The notes under the pieces were generated by a model. The model ran no database searches and had not been told where the DNA came from. It was given only the letters and a program-made list of their open reading frames with translations. Source: an uncultured Planctomycetia bacterium (GTDB lineage: Bacteria > Planctomycetota > Planctomycetia > Pirellulales > PALSA-1355). Taken from it: 64,000 nt of DNA. The position numbers and the translations under genes were made by a program. The stretch spans positions 4,311,069 through 4,375,068 of the forward strand of contig CAWDFN010000001.1 of assembly GCA_963801675.1 (NCBI GenBank), in the 5' to 3' direction. Positions 27,460 to 37,827 of the stretch are shown here, piece by piece; the stretch's first letter is position 1; each line of letters begins with the position of its first letter.

Positions 27460-29516
27460 ATGGCCCATGAGATTGAAACTCACGAACTGATCGCGTGCGG
27501 GCTTGACGCGGCGGACGCCGAGTCGCTGACGGCGCCGGTAAATCGCGCGCTCGCGCTGCCCAGCGTTGAGGCCTGGCGCGAGATTTCGAGCGGCATTTTG
27601 CGGCCGGAGCATCCATTCGCGTTGCACAAGTTTTTGTTCGCCGCGGCATTCAGCGGCCGGCGTGCCGACGATCCTCCGGCGCCGGCTTGGACGCCGACCG
27701 ACGAGCAGATTCGCGCATCGAACGTGGGACGCATGATCAAGGAGCGGGGCTTTGCTGACGTCGCACAACTGCACGCCTGGTCGGACGCCGATCGCGGCGA
27801 GTTTTGGGGACAGATGGTCGAGCGATTAGGAATCGCGCTGGCGAAGCCGCCGACGAGCGTTCTCGACGTGTCCGACGGCGTCGAGCGGCCCAAGTGGCTG
27901 GCGGGAGCGAGACTCAATATCGCGGAGAGTTGTTTTCAGGCCGACCCGGGCAAGCCGGCAATTGTCTATCACGACGAGAGCGGAATGACGAGTACCGTCA
28001 CGTACGGACAGTTGTCGAAGCTGGTCAACCGGGTGGCCAACGGGTTACAGGCCGCCGGCTTTCGGCCCGGCGACGCGCTGGCGATTTATTTGCCGATGTC
28101 GGCCGAAGCGGTGGCTATTTACTTGGGCATCGTTCGCACCGGCTGCGTGGCGGTCTCGATCGCTGACAGTCTGGCGGCCGAAGAGATCGCGGTGCGTCTG
28201 CGGCTTTCGGAGGCCAAGGGTGTCTTCACGCAGGACGTTCTGTTGCGCGGCGGCAAGCCGTTGCCGCTGTATGCCAAGGTGGTCGAGGCCGGGCGCCGGT
28301 GACGGTGGTGATTACTGGCGCCGAATCGACTCAGCCGGAAAAGTTGCGGCACGGTGACGTCAAGTGGGCGAGCTTTTTGAGCGACAACAGGCAGTTCGAG
28401 CCCTATATCGCCGAGCCGCACGAACCGACCAACATCTTGTTTTCGTCAGGCACGACGGGCGAACCGAAGGCAATTCCGTGGACGCACCTGACGCCGATCA
28501 AGTGCGCGGTCGACGGCTATCTGCATCAAGACGTGCACGCCGACGATCGCCTGGCCTGGCCGACCAACCTGGGGTGGATGATGGGGCCGTGGTTGATCTA
28601 TGCCAGCCTGGTGAATCGGGCCACGATGGCCCTCTATGGCGGAGCGCCGACGGGCAGGGATTTTGGCGAGTTCGTGCACGACGCCCAAGTCACGATGCTG
28701 GGGGTGATTCCCAGCCTGGTGAAGACTTGGCGGGCGACTGACTGCATGCGCGGGCTCGATTGGAGCCGCGTGCGTCGGTTCAGCTCGACCGGCGAGTGTT
28801 CCAACGCCGACGACATGCTGTACCTGATGAGCCTGGCGGGCTACCGGCCCGTGATTGAATACTGCGGCGGCACCGAGCTTGGCGGCGGATACATCGGCAG
28901 CACGATGGCCCAGCCGAACGTGCCGGCCGCGTTCTCGACCGCGTCGTTCGGCGTCGGCTTGGTGATGCAGCGCGACGACGACACGGCGATCGAGGCGGGG
29001 GAAATCTTTCTGGTGCCGCCGGCCATCGGCATGTCGACCGAACTGCTGCATCACGATCATCAGGCGGTCTATTTCGACGGCACGCCGCTCGGTCCGGGCG
29101 GCGAAACGCTGCGCCGGCACGGCGACGCGATGGAGCGGCTGAGCGGCGGCTACTATCGCGCGCAGGGACGCGTCGACGACACGATGAACCTGGGCGGCAT
29201 CAAGGTCAGCTCGGTGGAAATCGAGCGGGTCGTCAACGGCGTCAGCGGAATACGCGAGTCGGCCGCCATCGCCGTTTCGCCGGCGGGGGGCGGCCCGAGC
29301 ACGCTGTGGATCTTCGCGGTGCTGCGCGAGGAGTGCCAGGCGAGCGCTGCCGAGTTGCGCGGGCAGTCGCAAGCGGCGATCCGCCAACACTTGAACCCGC
29401 TGTTCGAGATTCAAGAGTTCGTGCCGATCGACGCCCTGCCGCGCACGGCTTCGCACAAGATCATGCGACGGTTGCTGCGAGACGACGCGACTCGGAGGCA
29501 AGCGGGTTCGGGGTAG
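27460..29516 (+). CDS. AMP-dependent synthetase/ligase (acyl-CoA synthetase-like); 1 frameshift near 28295
   Basis: ORFs 27460..28302 and 28299..29516 join. They contain NILFSSGTTGEPKAIPWTH (AMP-binding signature), YCGGTELGG, RVDDTMNLGGIKVSSVEIE and LPRTASHKIMRR. Confidence 0.8.
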
Positions 29517-29648
29517 CCCTGGCAATTTCCGTGCGATGATTGACTTTGCCTTGCAGGTCCGTTAGTTTTCGTCGGTGGTCGATGGTCGAACGAATTGGCC
29601 CTCGACAGCGGCTCTGTGCACGGCACTAGGCACCTTCAAGAGATGGCG

Positions 29649-30767
29649 TATGAGCAGCGATGCGCAGTCGATTCGGTACGGCATGTTCATCATGCCGTTT
29701 CATCCGCCCGCCAAGCCGCCGGCCCAGTGCTACGACGAAGATCTGGAGCTGATCGTCGCGGCCGAGGAGCTGGGCTTCTCGCGAGTTCTGGATCGGCGAG
29801 CATCACACGATGAAGTACGAGAACATCGTGATGCCCGAGATCTTCATCGCCCGCGCGCTGGGCGAGACGCAGCACGATTCGGCATGGGGCCCGCGCCGGT
29901 CTGCCTGCAGCAGCACCATCCGGCCCACGTGGCCTGCCGGCTGGCGTTTCTCGATCACCTGTCGAAGGGGCGGCTCAACCTCTGCTTCGGCGCCGGCAGC
30001 GTCACGGCCGACCAGGAGCTGTACGGCTGCGAGCCGAAGAACGCCGCCGAGATGGTCGACGAGGCGATCGAGACGATTCTGTATCTGTGGACGCCACGAT
30101 CCGCCCTACGAGGTCGAGGGCAAGTACTGGAAGATCAAGCTGACGAAAACGGTCGACACGGAGACCGGCATCGGCTACATCCCCAAGCCGCTGCAAAAGC
30201 CGCACCCGCCGATCGCCGTGCCGGGCATGAGCCGCAACTCGCCGAGCATGAAGACCGCCGCCGGCGCGGGCATCAGCCGTTCGGCCATTGCCTGATGCCG
30301 GGCAACGTGCTGGCCGACACCTGGAAGACCTACGAAACGGCCGCCCTCGAGGCCGGCCGCACAGCCGAAGCGCTCCGACTGGAAGGTCGCCCGCTCGATC
30401 TTTCTGGCCGACACCACCAAGGAAGCCCGCCGACGGGCGCGCACCAACTCGCTGGGCAACAACTACGAGTACATCGGCCGGCTCTTCGACAAGGGACTGG
30501 GCCGCAAGATCTACAAGCGCGACCTCAACATGAGCGACGCCGACTGCAATCTCGATTACCTGATGGACGAGCAGATCATCGCCGGCGACGTCGACGAAGT
30601 GCTTGCGGCGGCTGCTGGTCATGATCGAGGAGACCGGCACGTTCGGCACGCTGGTGCTGATGAGCTACGACTGGGACGACAAAGCAAGCTGGCTGCGCAG
30701 CATGGAGCTGTTCGCCCACGAGCTGATGCCTGCGCTGAACAAGGCGGTGTTGGGAGTGGGTGTTTAG
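29649..30767 (+). CDS. Luciferase-like (LLM class) flavin-dependent monooxygenase/oxidoreductase; about 6 frameshifts as sequenced
   Basis: MSSDAQSIRYGMFIMPFHPPAKP...EELGFSEFWIGEHHTMKYENIVMPEIFIARALGET (after repair at ~29787); GPAPVCLQQHHPAHVACRLAFLDHLSKGRLNLCFGAGS; PPYEVEGKYWKI...YIPKPLQKPHPPIAVPG; C-terminus DEQIIAGDVDEVLRRLLVMIEETGTFGTLVLMSYDWDD...ELMPALNKAV. Confidence 0.7.
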
Positions 30768-30861
30768 TGGTTGGTGAATGGCGTGCTGTGTCGGCGCTGG
30801 TTTGATGACGCTGGCGCGGGTACGCATGCGGACGACGCGTTTGGGCATCGCGTGAACAACC

Positions 30862-32879
30862 ATGGACCCCTCCACTCCAATTCCTAACCCCCCAACCCTG
30901 GACCCTAGCCCCCAAGTTCGCGTTCCCGCTGGGCACCTTCCGCCTTGGACGGTGGGTGAATTGCCGAATCCGCCGCGCGCGGGTGGCGAACTTGGATCAA
31001 GCTGATCGGGCCGGGGGTGTTGTTGGCCGGCGCGTCGGTCGGCTCGGGCGAATGGTTGTTCGGTCCGGCCGTCAGCGCGCAGTATGGCGGAACGCTGCTG
31101 TGGCTGGCCGGCCTGAGCATTCTGGGCCAGGTGTTTTGCAACCTGGAGATGATGCGGTATGCCGTGTATTGCGGCGAGTCGATCATCGTCGGCTATCTGC
31201 GCACCTGGCCTGGCCCGCGGTTTTGGATGTTGTGGTACGCGATCATGGACGTGGCCGCGATCTGGCCATTCAACGCGTCGAACGCGGCCGTGCCGTTGGC
31301 GGCCGCCCTGTTGGGCCGACTGCCTGGCACCGGCTCGGTGGACATTCTTGGCGTCAGCGTGCCCGAGTGGCAATTGGTCAAAATGCTGGGCTACGCGATT
31401 TTCTTGCTGGCCTTTGTGCCGCTGATTTTCGGCGGCACGATCTACAAGATGCTCGAGCGCGTCATGGCGATCAAGCTGGTGCTGGTGCTGGGCTATCTTT
31501 TGTTCTTCGCCTTGTTCATGGTCTCGGCGGCGAATGCCTGGGAGGTGGTGTCCGGATTCTTTCGCGTCGGCACGGTGCCGCTGGCGGCCCAGACGATCGT
31601 GGCGGGGCGGCACTTTACCGTGGGCGAGCGCGACGGCCCGGCCCGGCTGTCGATCCGCGGCACGATGGAGGAAGGAAAGAACGGAACAACTCCGCTGGTG
31701 GTGACGTACCTGGTCGAGACGGAGCCCGACGGCAAACGAAGGGTCGAAAAGTACGACCGCCTGGCAGCCGTGCCGGTTGATTTGCGGGACAAATTCGAGC
31801 AGATCAAGCGGCGCGCGGTCACTCTGGCACAGCCGGGTCGATTCACGGTGGACGACGTCGACGATGAGGCCGCGATTTCGGTGACCGGCAGGATCGACGA
31901 ATCGCGCAACTGGCACGCCGAGAGTTTCGTCGTGGCGCCGCACGACGAATCGGCAACCGAGTACCAGCGGCTGGCCGACGTGCCCGAACCGTATCGCGGT
32001 CGCTTCGTCGAGCTCGTCGAACATCAGGGCCTTCATCTGGTCGGATTGATCGGCTACTATCGCGAGCATGGCGCGCTGCCCCCTTTGGATTGGGCCATGC
32101 TGGCCGCGTTCGCCGCGATTGCCGGCGCGGGGGGGATGACCAATACGTTGTTTTCGAATTTCGCGCGCGACGCGGGCTGGGGAATGGGAGCCCGCGTTGG
32201 GACCATTCCCAGCGCGATCGGCGGACGGCAGATTCAGCTTTCGCACGTGGGCGAGGTTTTTCCGCTCGACCACGTCAACCGCTCGCGCTGGCGGGGCTGG
32301 ATGCGGCACGTGCGGCGCGATCAGTTGGCGATTTGGATGGCTGCCTCGGTGGTCGGCATGGCGCTGCCGTGCATGCTGTCGTTGGAGTTCATTCGCCACG
32401 CGCCGGTCTCGGGCGACCGCGTGGCGGCGATGACCGCCGAAGGCATGGCCGAACGGTTTCCCCAGTACTCTGGGATCTTGTGGGCTGCCACGCTGTTGTG
32501 CGGCTTTCTCGTGCTCGCGCCGGGACAGATCCTCTCCGGCGACATGATCTCGCGGCGCTGGACCGACATCATCTGGACCGCCAACAGCCGGGCGCAACGG
32601 CTGTCGGGTGATCGCGTGCGTTGGATCTATTACAGCATTCTCACGCTGTACGGCTTTTGGGGCTTGTTCGCGCTGACGATGTTCGATCCGCTGCAAATCG
32701 CCAAAATTGGCGCGGTGTTGATGAACGTCGCGCTGGGCTGGACGGCGTTGCATTCCGTGTACGTGAATCGCCGGCTGCTGCCGGCCGAGTTGCAGTCGCC
32801 GTTATTGATGCAACTGGGCTCGATCAGCTGCGGCATCTTCTTTCTGGGAATCAGTTTGATCGTGTTTTTCAACATGTGA
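30862..32879 (+). CDS. Nramp-like polytopic membrane transporter carrying a ~175-aa soluble insertion; 1 frameshift near 30985
   Basis: MDPSTPIPNPPTLDPSPQVRVPAGHLPPWTVGELPNPPRAG joins ORF 31017..32879: WIKLIGPGVLLAGASVGSGEWLFGPAVSAQYGGTLLWLAGLSILGQVFCNLEMMRYAVYCGE. This resembles the Nramp/MntH first-helix region. There are multiple hydrophobic helices. The family assignment is from memory, not a search. Confidence 0.5.
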
Positions 32880-32894
32880 GGCGGAGGAGACGGT

Positions 32895-33722
32895 GTGACA
32901 CGCGTCGACGCCCATCTGCACGTGTGGCAGGCAGCCGAGGGGGAGACGCCCGGCGTGCAAACGATCGTGCCGCCACAAACCGACGTGCCGATCGAACGGG
33001 CGAGCCGGGTCATGCTCGAGCACAAGATCGATCGGGCCGTGCTGGTCCAGCCGGTATTTCGCGGCGAAGACAACAGCTATGTGGCCGCCAGCGCACGGAA
33101 CGATCCGGCGCGGTTCGCGGCCGTGTGCGTCGTCGATCCTCGCGTTGCCGGGGCCGAGCAGAGGCTTGCCGATTGGGTCGAGCAGGGCTGCCGCGGATTG
33201 CGGCTGCGGCCGCGCATCGCCGACGAGGCCGACGCGTTTGGCGACCCGGCGACGTATCCGCTGTGGCAGGCCGCCCAGCGGTTGCGGGTTGTCGTCAGCG
33301 TGTTGGCGGAACCACGGCACGCGCCTGCCATCGGCGCGCTGGCCGAACGATTTCCCGACGTGTCGATCGTGGTCGATCACATGGGACACCCCGACCCGGC
33401 CGCCGGCGCGCAAGACGACGGCTTTCGGCAGCTCATCGCGCTGGCTCGCCATCCGCGCGTGTTCGTCAAAGTTAGCGGATTTTATCACTTTTCCACGCAG
33501 GCGTTCCCGTTTGCCGATTGCTGGGACCTGGTCGAGGCCCTGTACGAGCACTTTGGTCCGCGGCGGCTGCTGTGGGGGAGCGACTTTCCACACGTCGAGG
33601 CGACGTGCGGATACTCCCAAAGTTTGCGGCTGCCCGACGCCGCGCTGGCCGATTGGATCGCCAACGAGCGCGATCTGGTGATGGGTGAAAATGCGGTGAA
33701 GTTGTACTGGCCGACGAGGTGA
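32895..33722 (+). CDS. Amidohydrolase_2-family metal-dependent TIM-barrel hydrolase (lactonase/decarboxylase-like)
   Basis: Intact ORF with a GTG start preceded by GGAGGAG. Motifs: VDAHLHVW, VVDHMGHP, FVKVSGFY, LLWGSDFPH. Confidence 0.75.
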   Translation: MTRVDAHLHVWQAAEGETPGVQTIVPPQTDVPIERASRVMLEHKIDRAVLVQPVFRGEDNSYVAASARNDPARFAAVCVVDPRVAGAEQRLADWVEQGCRGLRLRPRIADEADAFGDPATYPLWQAAQRLRVVVSVLAEPRHAPAIGALAERFPDVSIVVDHMGHPDPAAGAQDDGFRQLIALARHPRVFVKVSGFYHFSTQAFPFADCWDLVEALYEHFGPRRLLWGSDFPHVEATCGYSQSLRLPDAALADWIANERDLVMGENAVKLYWPTR

Positions 33723-33751
33723 ATCGCGCGCCGAGCGAGATCGAATCACTA

Positions 33752-33821
33752 ACCCGACGCGCAACATCGAACAGCGCCAACGAAGGCGAACCACGAAGAA
33801 TCCTCGCTGGCGCGTCGGGTT
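33752..33821 (+). terminator. Long stem-loop (12-bp perfect outer stem, inner 5-bp stem) followed by a T-rich tract; probable terminator or structured 3' element
   Basis: AACCCGACGCGC (33752-33763) pairs with GCGCGTCGGGTT (33810-33821). Inner CAGCG..CGCTG pairing is also possible. It is followed by cgtattttg and lies 30 nt after the amidohydrolase stop. Confidence 0.4.
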
Positions 33822-33983
33822 CGTATTTTGCGCGCGACCAACGCTGGCCACGGCCAATGGCCGGTACGGATTGATTGACAGCAAAACGCGGAATCGGATA
33901 CCATTTTGGCATGCGGTCGATCCGTCGCGGTGCAGGACGCGCGCGGCGGTGAGACGTCGTTTCACTGGGGGCGTAATCTGACC

Positions 33984-35324
33984 ATGTTGTCCATTCTTGG
34001 CCGACCGTATCGCCTGTGCGATGGCGTTTCGCGGCGCAGCTTTTTGAAGTTGGGCTCGCTGGCCATGGGTGGCCTGACGCTGGCCGATATTTTGCGCGCC
34101 GAAGCGTCGTCCGACGCGCCGCGCCGGCACAAGTCGGTGATCATGATCTTCCTGCCGGGCGGACCCTCGCACATCGACATGTACGACCCGAAGCCCGAGG
34201 CGCCGGTTGAGGTGCGGGGCGAATTTCGGCCGATCCGCACAGCCGTTCCCGGCATCCAGGTTTGCGAGCATTTGCCCAAGCTGGCCCGCATCATGGACAA
34301 GCTGGCGCCAATCCGCACCATCATCGGCGGGCCCGACGACCACGCCTCGCACATGTTGCTCACCGGCTGGGACCGCCAGGGTCCGCAAGCCGCGGGGAAT
34401 TGGCCGACCGTGGGCTCGTTCGTTTCCAAGCTGCAAGGGCCTGTCGATCCGACGGTGCCCCCGTACGTGGGCCTGGCCGCCAAGATGATCCATCCGCCGT
34501 ACAACGATCCCGGGCCGGGTTTTTTGGGGGCCGCGCATTCGGCGTTCACGCCCGACGGCCATTCGCTGGCCAATATGACGCTCAACGGCGTCACGCTCGA
34601 TCGGCTGGCGGACCGGCAGACGCTGCTGGCGCGGTTCGACCGGCTGCGAGAGGAAGTCGACAACGGCGGCGCGTTGCGCGGGCTCGACGCGTTTCAGCAG
34701 CAAGCAATGCGCGTGATCACGTCGTCGAAGCTGCGCGACGCGCTGGACATTTCGCGAGAACCGGCGGACGTGTTGGCTCGTTATGGGCCGGGCGATCCCA
34801 GCTTGATCCCGGGTTTCAACGCGGCGCCGAAGATGACCGAACACCTGCTGGCGGCGCGGCGGCTGGTCGAGGCCGGCGCGCGATGCGTCACGCTGGCCTT
34901 CGGCGGCTGGGATTGGCACGCCACGAATTTCTTGGGGATGCGAAAGGAACTGCCGTTGTTCGATCACGGCGTAGCAGCCTTGGTCGAGGATTTGCACGCC
35001 CACGGGCTCGACAAGGACGTGCTGGTGGTGGCCTGGGGCGAAATCGGGCGCAGCCCGCGCGTCAACCCGGCGGCCGGCCGCGACCATTGGCCCACCGTTT
35101 CGTGCGCCCTGTTGGCCGGTGGTGGTTTGCGGACCGGGCAGGTGATCGGCCGCACGAACCATCTGGGCGAAATGCCGCTCGATCGACCGGTCCACGTTCG
35201 CGAGGTGCTAGCCACGATCTACCACCACTTGGGCATCAACGCCTGCGAGACCACCTTGCCCGACCTCAACGGCCGGCCCCGGTATGTGGTCGAAGATTAC
35301 CGACCGATCGGCGAGTTGCTATAA
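33984..35324 (+). CDS. DUF1501 protein, paralog 2 (Tat signal); intact, with no adjacent PSCyt/DUF1553 partner
   Basis: MLSILGRPYRLCDGVSRRSFLKLGSLAMGGLTLADIL; FLPGGPSHIDMYDPKPEAP; GRDHWPTVSCALLAGGGLRTGQVIG; C-terminus GRPRYVVEDYRPIGELL. Confidence 0.85.
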   Translation: MLSILGRPYRLCDGVSRRSFLKLGSLAMGGLTLADILRAEASSDAPRRHKSVIMIFLPGGPSHIDMYDPKPEAPVEVRGEFRPIRTAVPGIQVCEHLPKLARIMDKLAPIRTIIGGPDDHASHMLLTGWDRQGPQAAGNWPTVGSFVSKLQGPVDPTVPPYVGLAAKMIHPPYNDPGPGFLGAAHSAFTPDGHSLANMTLNGVTLDRLADRQTLLARFDRLREEVDNGGALRGLDAFQQQAMRVITSSKLRDALDISREPADVLARYGPGDPSLIPGFNAAPKMTEHLLAARRLVEAGARCVTLAFGGWDWHATNFLGMRKELPLFDHGVAALVEDLHAHGLDKDVLVVAWGEIGRSPRVNPAAGRDHWPTVSCALLAGGGLRTGQVIGRTNHLGEMPLDRPVHVREVLATIYHHLGINACETTLPDLNGRPRYVVEDYRPIGELL

Positions 35325-35436
35325 ATGGGTCAGCCGAGATCGCCGGGTATCATTCCAGGCGGTTCGCGAAGCAAGCACTGGCAGGATGCCCGTGGCACCC
35401 GAGAGGAAATTCTGTTCGACAATTCAGGGAGTTGAT

Positions 35437-36423
35437 ATGCCGAGTGTGTTGATCACGACCGAGGCGCTGCGCAAGGCGCCGGGTAAGCATGCGACGATCT
35501 TGCGAGACGCCGGTTATGAGATTCGTTTCCCGGTCAAGACCGTGTTGCTTTCGGAGGAGGACACGCTGGAGGCGATGCAAGGCTTTGTCGCCGTGATCGC
35601 CGGCAGCGAGCCGTACACCGATCGCGTGCTGGCGGGACTGCCGCAGTTGCGCATCATTTCGCGCAACGGCGTGGGCTACGATCGCATCGACGTGCCGGCG
35701 GCCACGCGTCGCGGCGTGGCCGTCACGATCACGCCTGAGGGCAACCACCAGGCCGTGGCCGAGCACGCCATGGCCATGATGCTGGCCGTGGCCCGCAGCG
35801 TGGTGCAAAACGCCGTCGATACCCGAGCCGGCCAGTGGCGTCGTCGGTCGATGCTGGTGCCGCTGCGCGGTAAGACGCTGGGCATTGTCGGGCTGGGGCG
35901 GATCGGCCGCAGCGTGGCGGTGCGCGCTTCGGCGTTTGGAATGCAGCTGGTGGCGCATGAGAAATTTCCGGATGTCGAATTCGTCAAGAAATACAACGTT
36001 GAACTGGTCGATCTCGACACGCTGATGTCGCGGTCCGATTTTGTCACGCTGCACACGCCGATGTCGAGCGAGACCGAAGGGCTGATCAATCGCCGGACGC
36101 TGTCGCGGATGAAGCCGGGCGGTTTTCTGATCAATACCGCGCGCGGCGGACTGGTCAATGAGGCCGACCTGATCGACGCGCTGCGATCGGGTCATCTGGC
36201 TGGCGCGGGGCTCGACGTGCTGGTCGTCGAGCCGCCGGCGGCGGATCATCCGCTGTTGGCGATGGAAAACGTGATCGTCAGCCCGCACGTGTCGGCACTC
36301 GACGGTCAGGCGGTCGAGGACATGTCGGTCGGCGCGGCGCAGAATATCGTCGACGTCTTGGCCGGCAAGTGGCCGACGGCCGCGCTCATCAATCCCGACG
36401 TAAGGGCCGCATGGAAAGCCTGA
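35437..36423 (+). CDS. D-isomer-specific 2-hydroxyacid dehydrogenase (phosphoglycerate-dehydrogenase-like)
   Basis: Intact ORF with GKTLGIVGLGRIGRSVAVRA (Rossmann), NTARGGLVNEADL and GAGLDVLVVEPP...SPHVS. Confidence 0.85.
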   Translation: MPSVLITTEALRKAPGKHATILRDAGYEIRFPVKTVLLSEEDTLEAMQGFVAVIAGSEPYTDRVLAGLPQLRIISRNGVGYDRIDVPAATRRGVAVTITPEGNHQAVAEHAMAMMLAVARSVVQNAVDTRAGQWRRRSMLVPLRGKTLGIVGLGRIGRSVAVRASAFGMQLVAHEKFPDVEFVKKYNVELVDLDTLMSRSDFVTLHTPMSSETEGLINRRTLSRMKPGGFLINTARGGLVNEADLIDALRSGHLAGAGLDVLVVEPPAADHPLLAMENVIVSPHVSALDGQAVEDMSVGAAQNIVDVLAGKWPTAALINPDVRAAWKA

Positions 36424-37628
36424 AGATCACGGCGCTGGAGACGATTCTCGATCCCGAACGGCCCTTGTTGATGTGGGTTCGCGTGCATACCGACGCGGGG
36501 CTCGTCGGGCTCGGCGAAAGTTTTCAATCGCCCGACGCGATTGCGCGTCGTGCACGGCACGCTGGCCAAGGTGCTGCTCGGAGCGGACCCGACGCGCATC
36601 GAGCTGCTGTGGCATCACATGTTCAAGGTGGTGCACTACGCCGGGTATGCCGGCGCCGAGATGCGGGCGATCAGCGCGATCGACATTGCGCTGTGGGACC
36701 TGTTGGGTCAACTGACCGAGCGGCCCCTCTACGATCTGCTGGGCGGAGCCTGCCGCGACCGGATTCCGCTGTACAACACGTGCGCCAGCTTTGCGCCGTA
36801 CAACGACCACGAATTGTTTCATGATGACCCGGCCCGGCTGCGCGCGAGCTGTTGGCCTCGGGCGTGCGGGCGATGAAGATCTGGCCATTCGACGATCTGG
36901 CCCGGCGGACGCTGGGGCAGAACATCAGCCCGGCGGACTTGGAGTATGGTGTGTCGCGATTTCGTGCGATCCGCGAGGCGGTCGGCGACGAGATCGAGAT
37001 CGCGCTCGAAGGGCACTGCCAGTGGAACTTGCCCAGCGCGATCCGCATCGCCCAGGCGGTCGAGCCTTACCGGCCGATGTGGCTGGAAGAGTTGATGCTG
37101 CCCGACGATCCGCAAGCCACGCGTCAATTGCGCGCCTCGACGCGCACGCCTCTGGTCAGCAGCGAGCGGCTGATGACGCGCTGGGGCTATCGCCCGGTGA
37201 TCGAGACCCACGCGGCGGACATCGTGATGTTTGACATTGATTGGGCCGGCGGCCTGACGGAAGCCCGCAAGATCGCGGCGCTGGCCGAGAGCCACCAGTT
37301 GCCGGTTGCTCCGCACAATCCGGGCGGACCGGTGAGCAACGTCGTCACGGCCCATTTTTGCGCAAGCGTTTACAACTTGTTCATCATGGAGAGCGTGCGT
37401 GCGTTTTATCTCACCTGGTTCGGCGACGCGCTGACGCACAACCTGGTGGCCGTCGACGGCCATTTTCCGCTTCCAAAGGGACCGGGATTGGGCACCCACC
37501 TGAGCCCGCAGTTTTTGGCCCGCGAGGATCTGGTCCGCGAGACCTCGAACGAAGAACAAGGCCCGCTGTCCGGCTATGCTGTCGGCAATCCGTACCGCGC
37601 GGGGAACCCTTGGCAGCGGAAGGCGTAG
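36411..37628 (+). CDS. Enolase-superfamily (mandelate racemase/muconate-lactonizing family) sugar-acid dehydratase-like enzyme; 2 frameshifts as sequenced
   Basis: MESLKITALETILDPERPLLMWVRVHTDAGLVGLGE; AISAIDIALWDLLGQLTERPLYDLLGG; MKIWPFD; EIALEGHCQWN; PMWLEELMLPDD; DIVMFDIDWAGGLTEARKIAALAESHQLPVAPHNPGGP. Breaks lie near 36540 and 36845. The start overlaps the upstream dehydrogenase by 13 nt. Confidence 0.8.
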
Positions 37629-37703
37629 GAGTGAGTTCGGCAATAACTACTGCACTCTCGCTGGCCAACATTATTCGCATGCTTGCGACGAGGGGCTAGA
37701 ATT

Positions 37704-37827
37704 GGGTGGCCCAGACAACCTGCCGTCTGGGTCCCGAAGGGACAAGAGGGTTTGGCGAGGTGCGCGGCCGCCCTCGATTGCCTCTTATTGCTTCGCAACA
37801 CCGACAACAAGTTGTCGGTGCCACCCC
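37704..37827 (+). repeat. Copy B of the ~125-nt nested-palindrome element
   Basis: GGGTGGC-CCAGACAACCTGCCGTCTGG-GTC-CCGAAGGGACAAGAGG-gtttggCGAGGtgcgcggccgcCCTCGattg-CCTCTTATTGCTTCG-CAACA-CCGACAACAAGTTGTCGG-T-GCCACCCC. It lies between the dehydratase-like gene and the PQQ-like gene. Confidence 0.9.
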
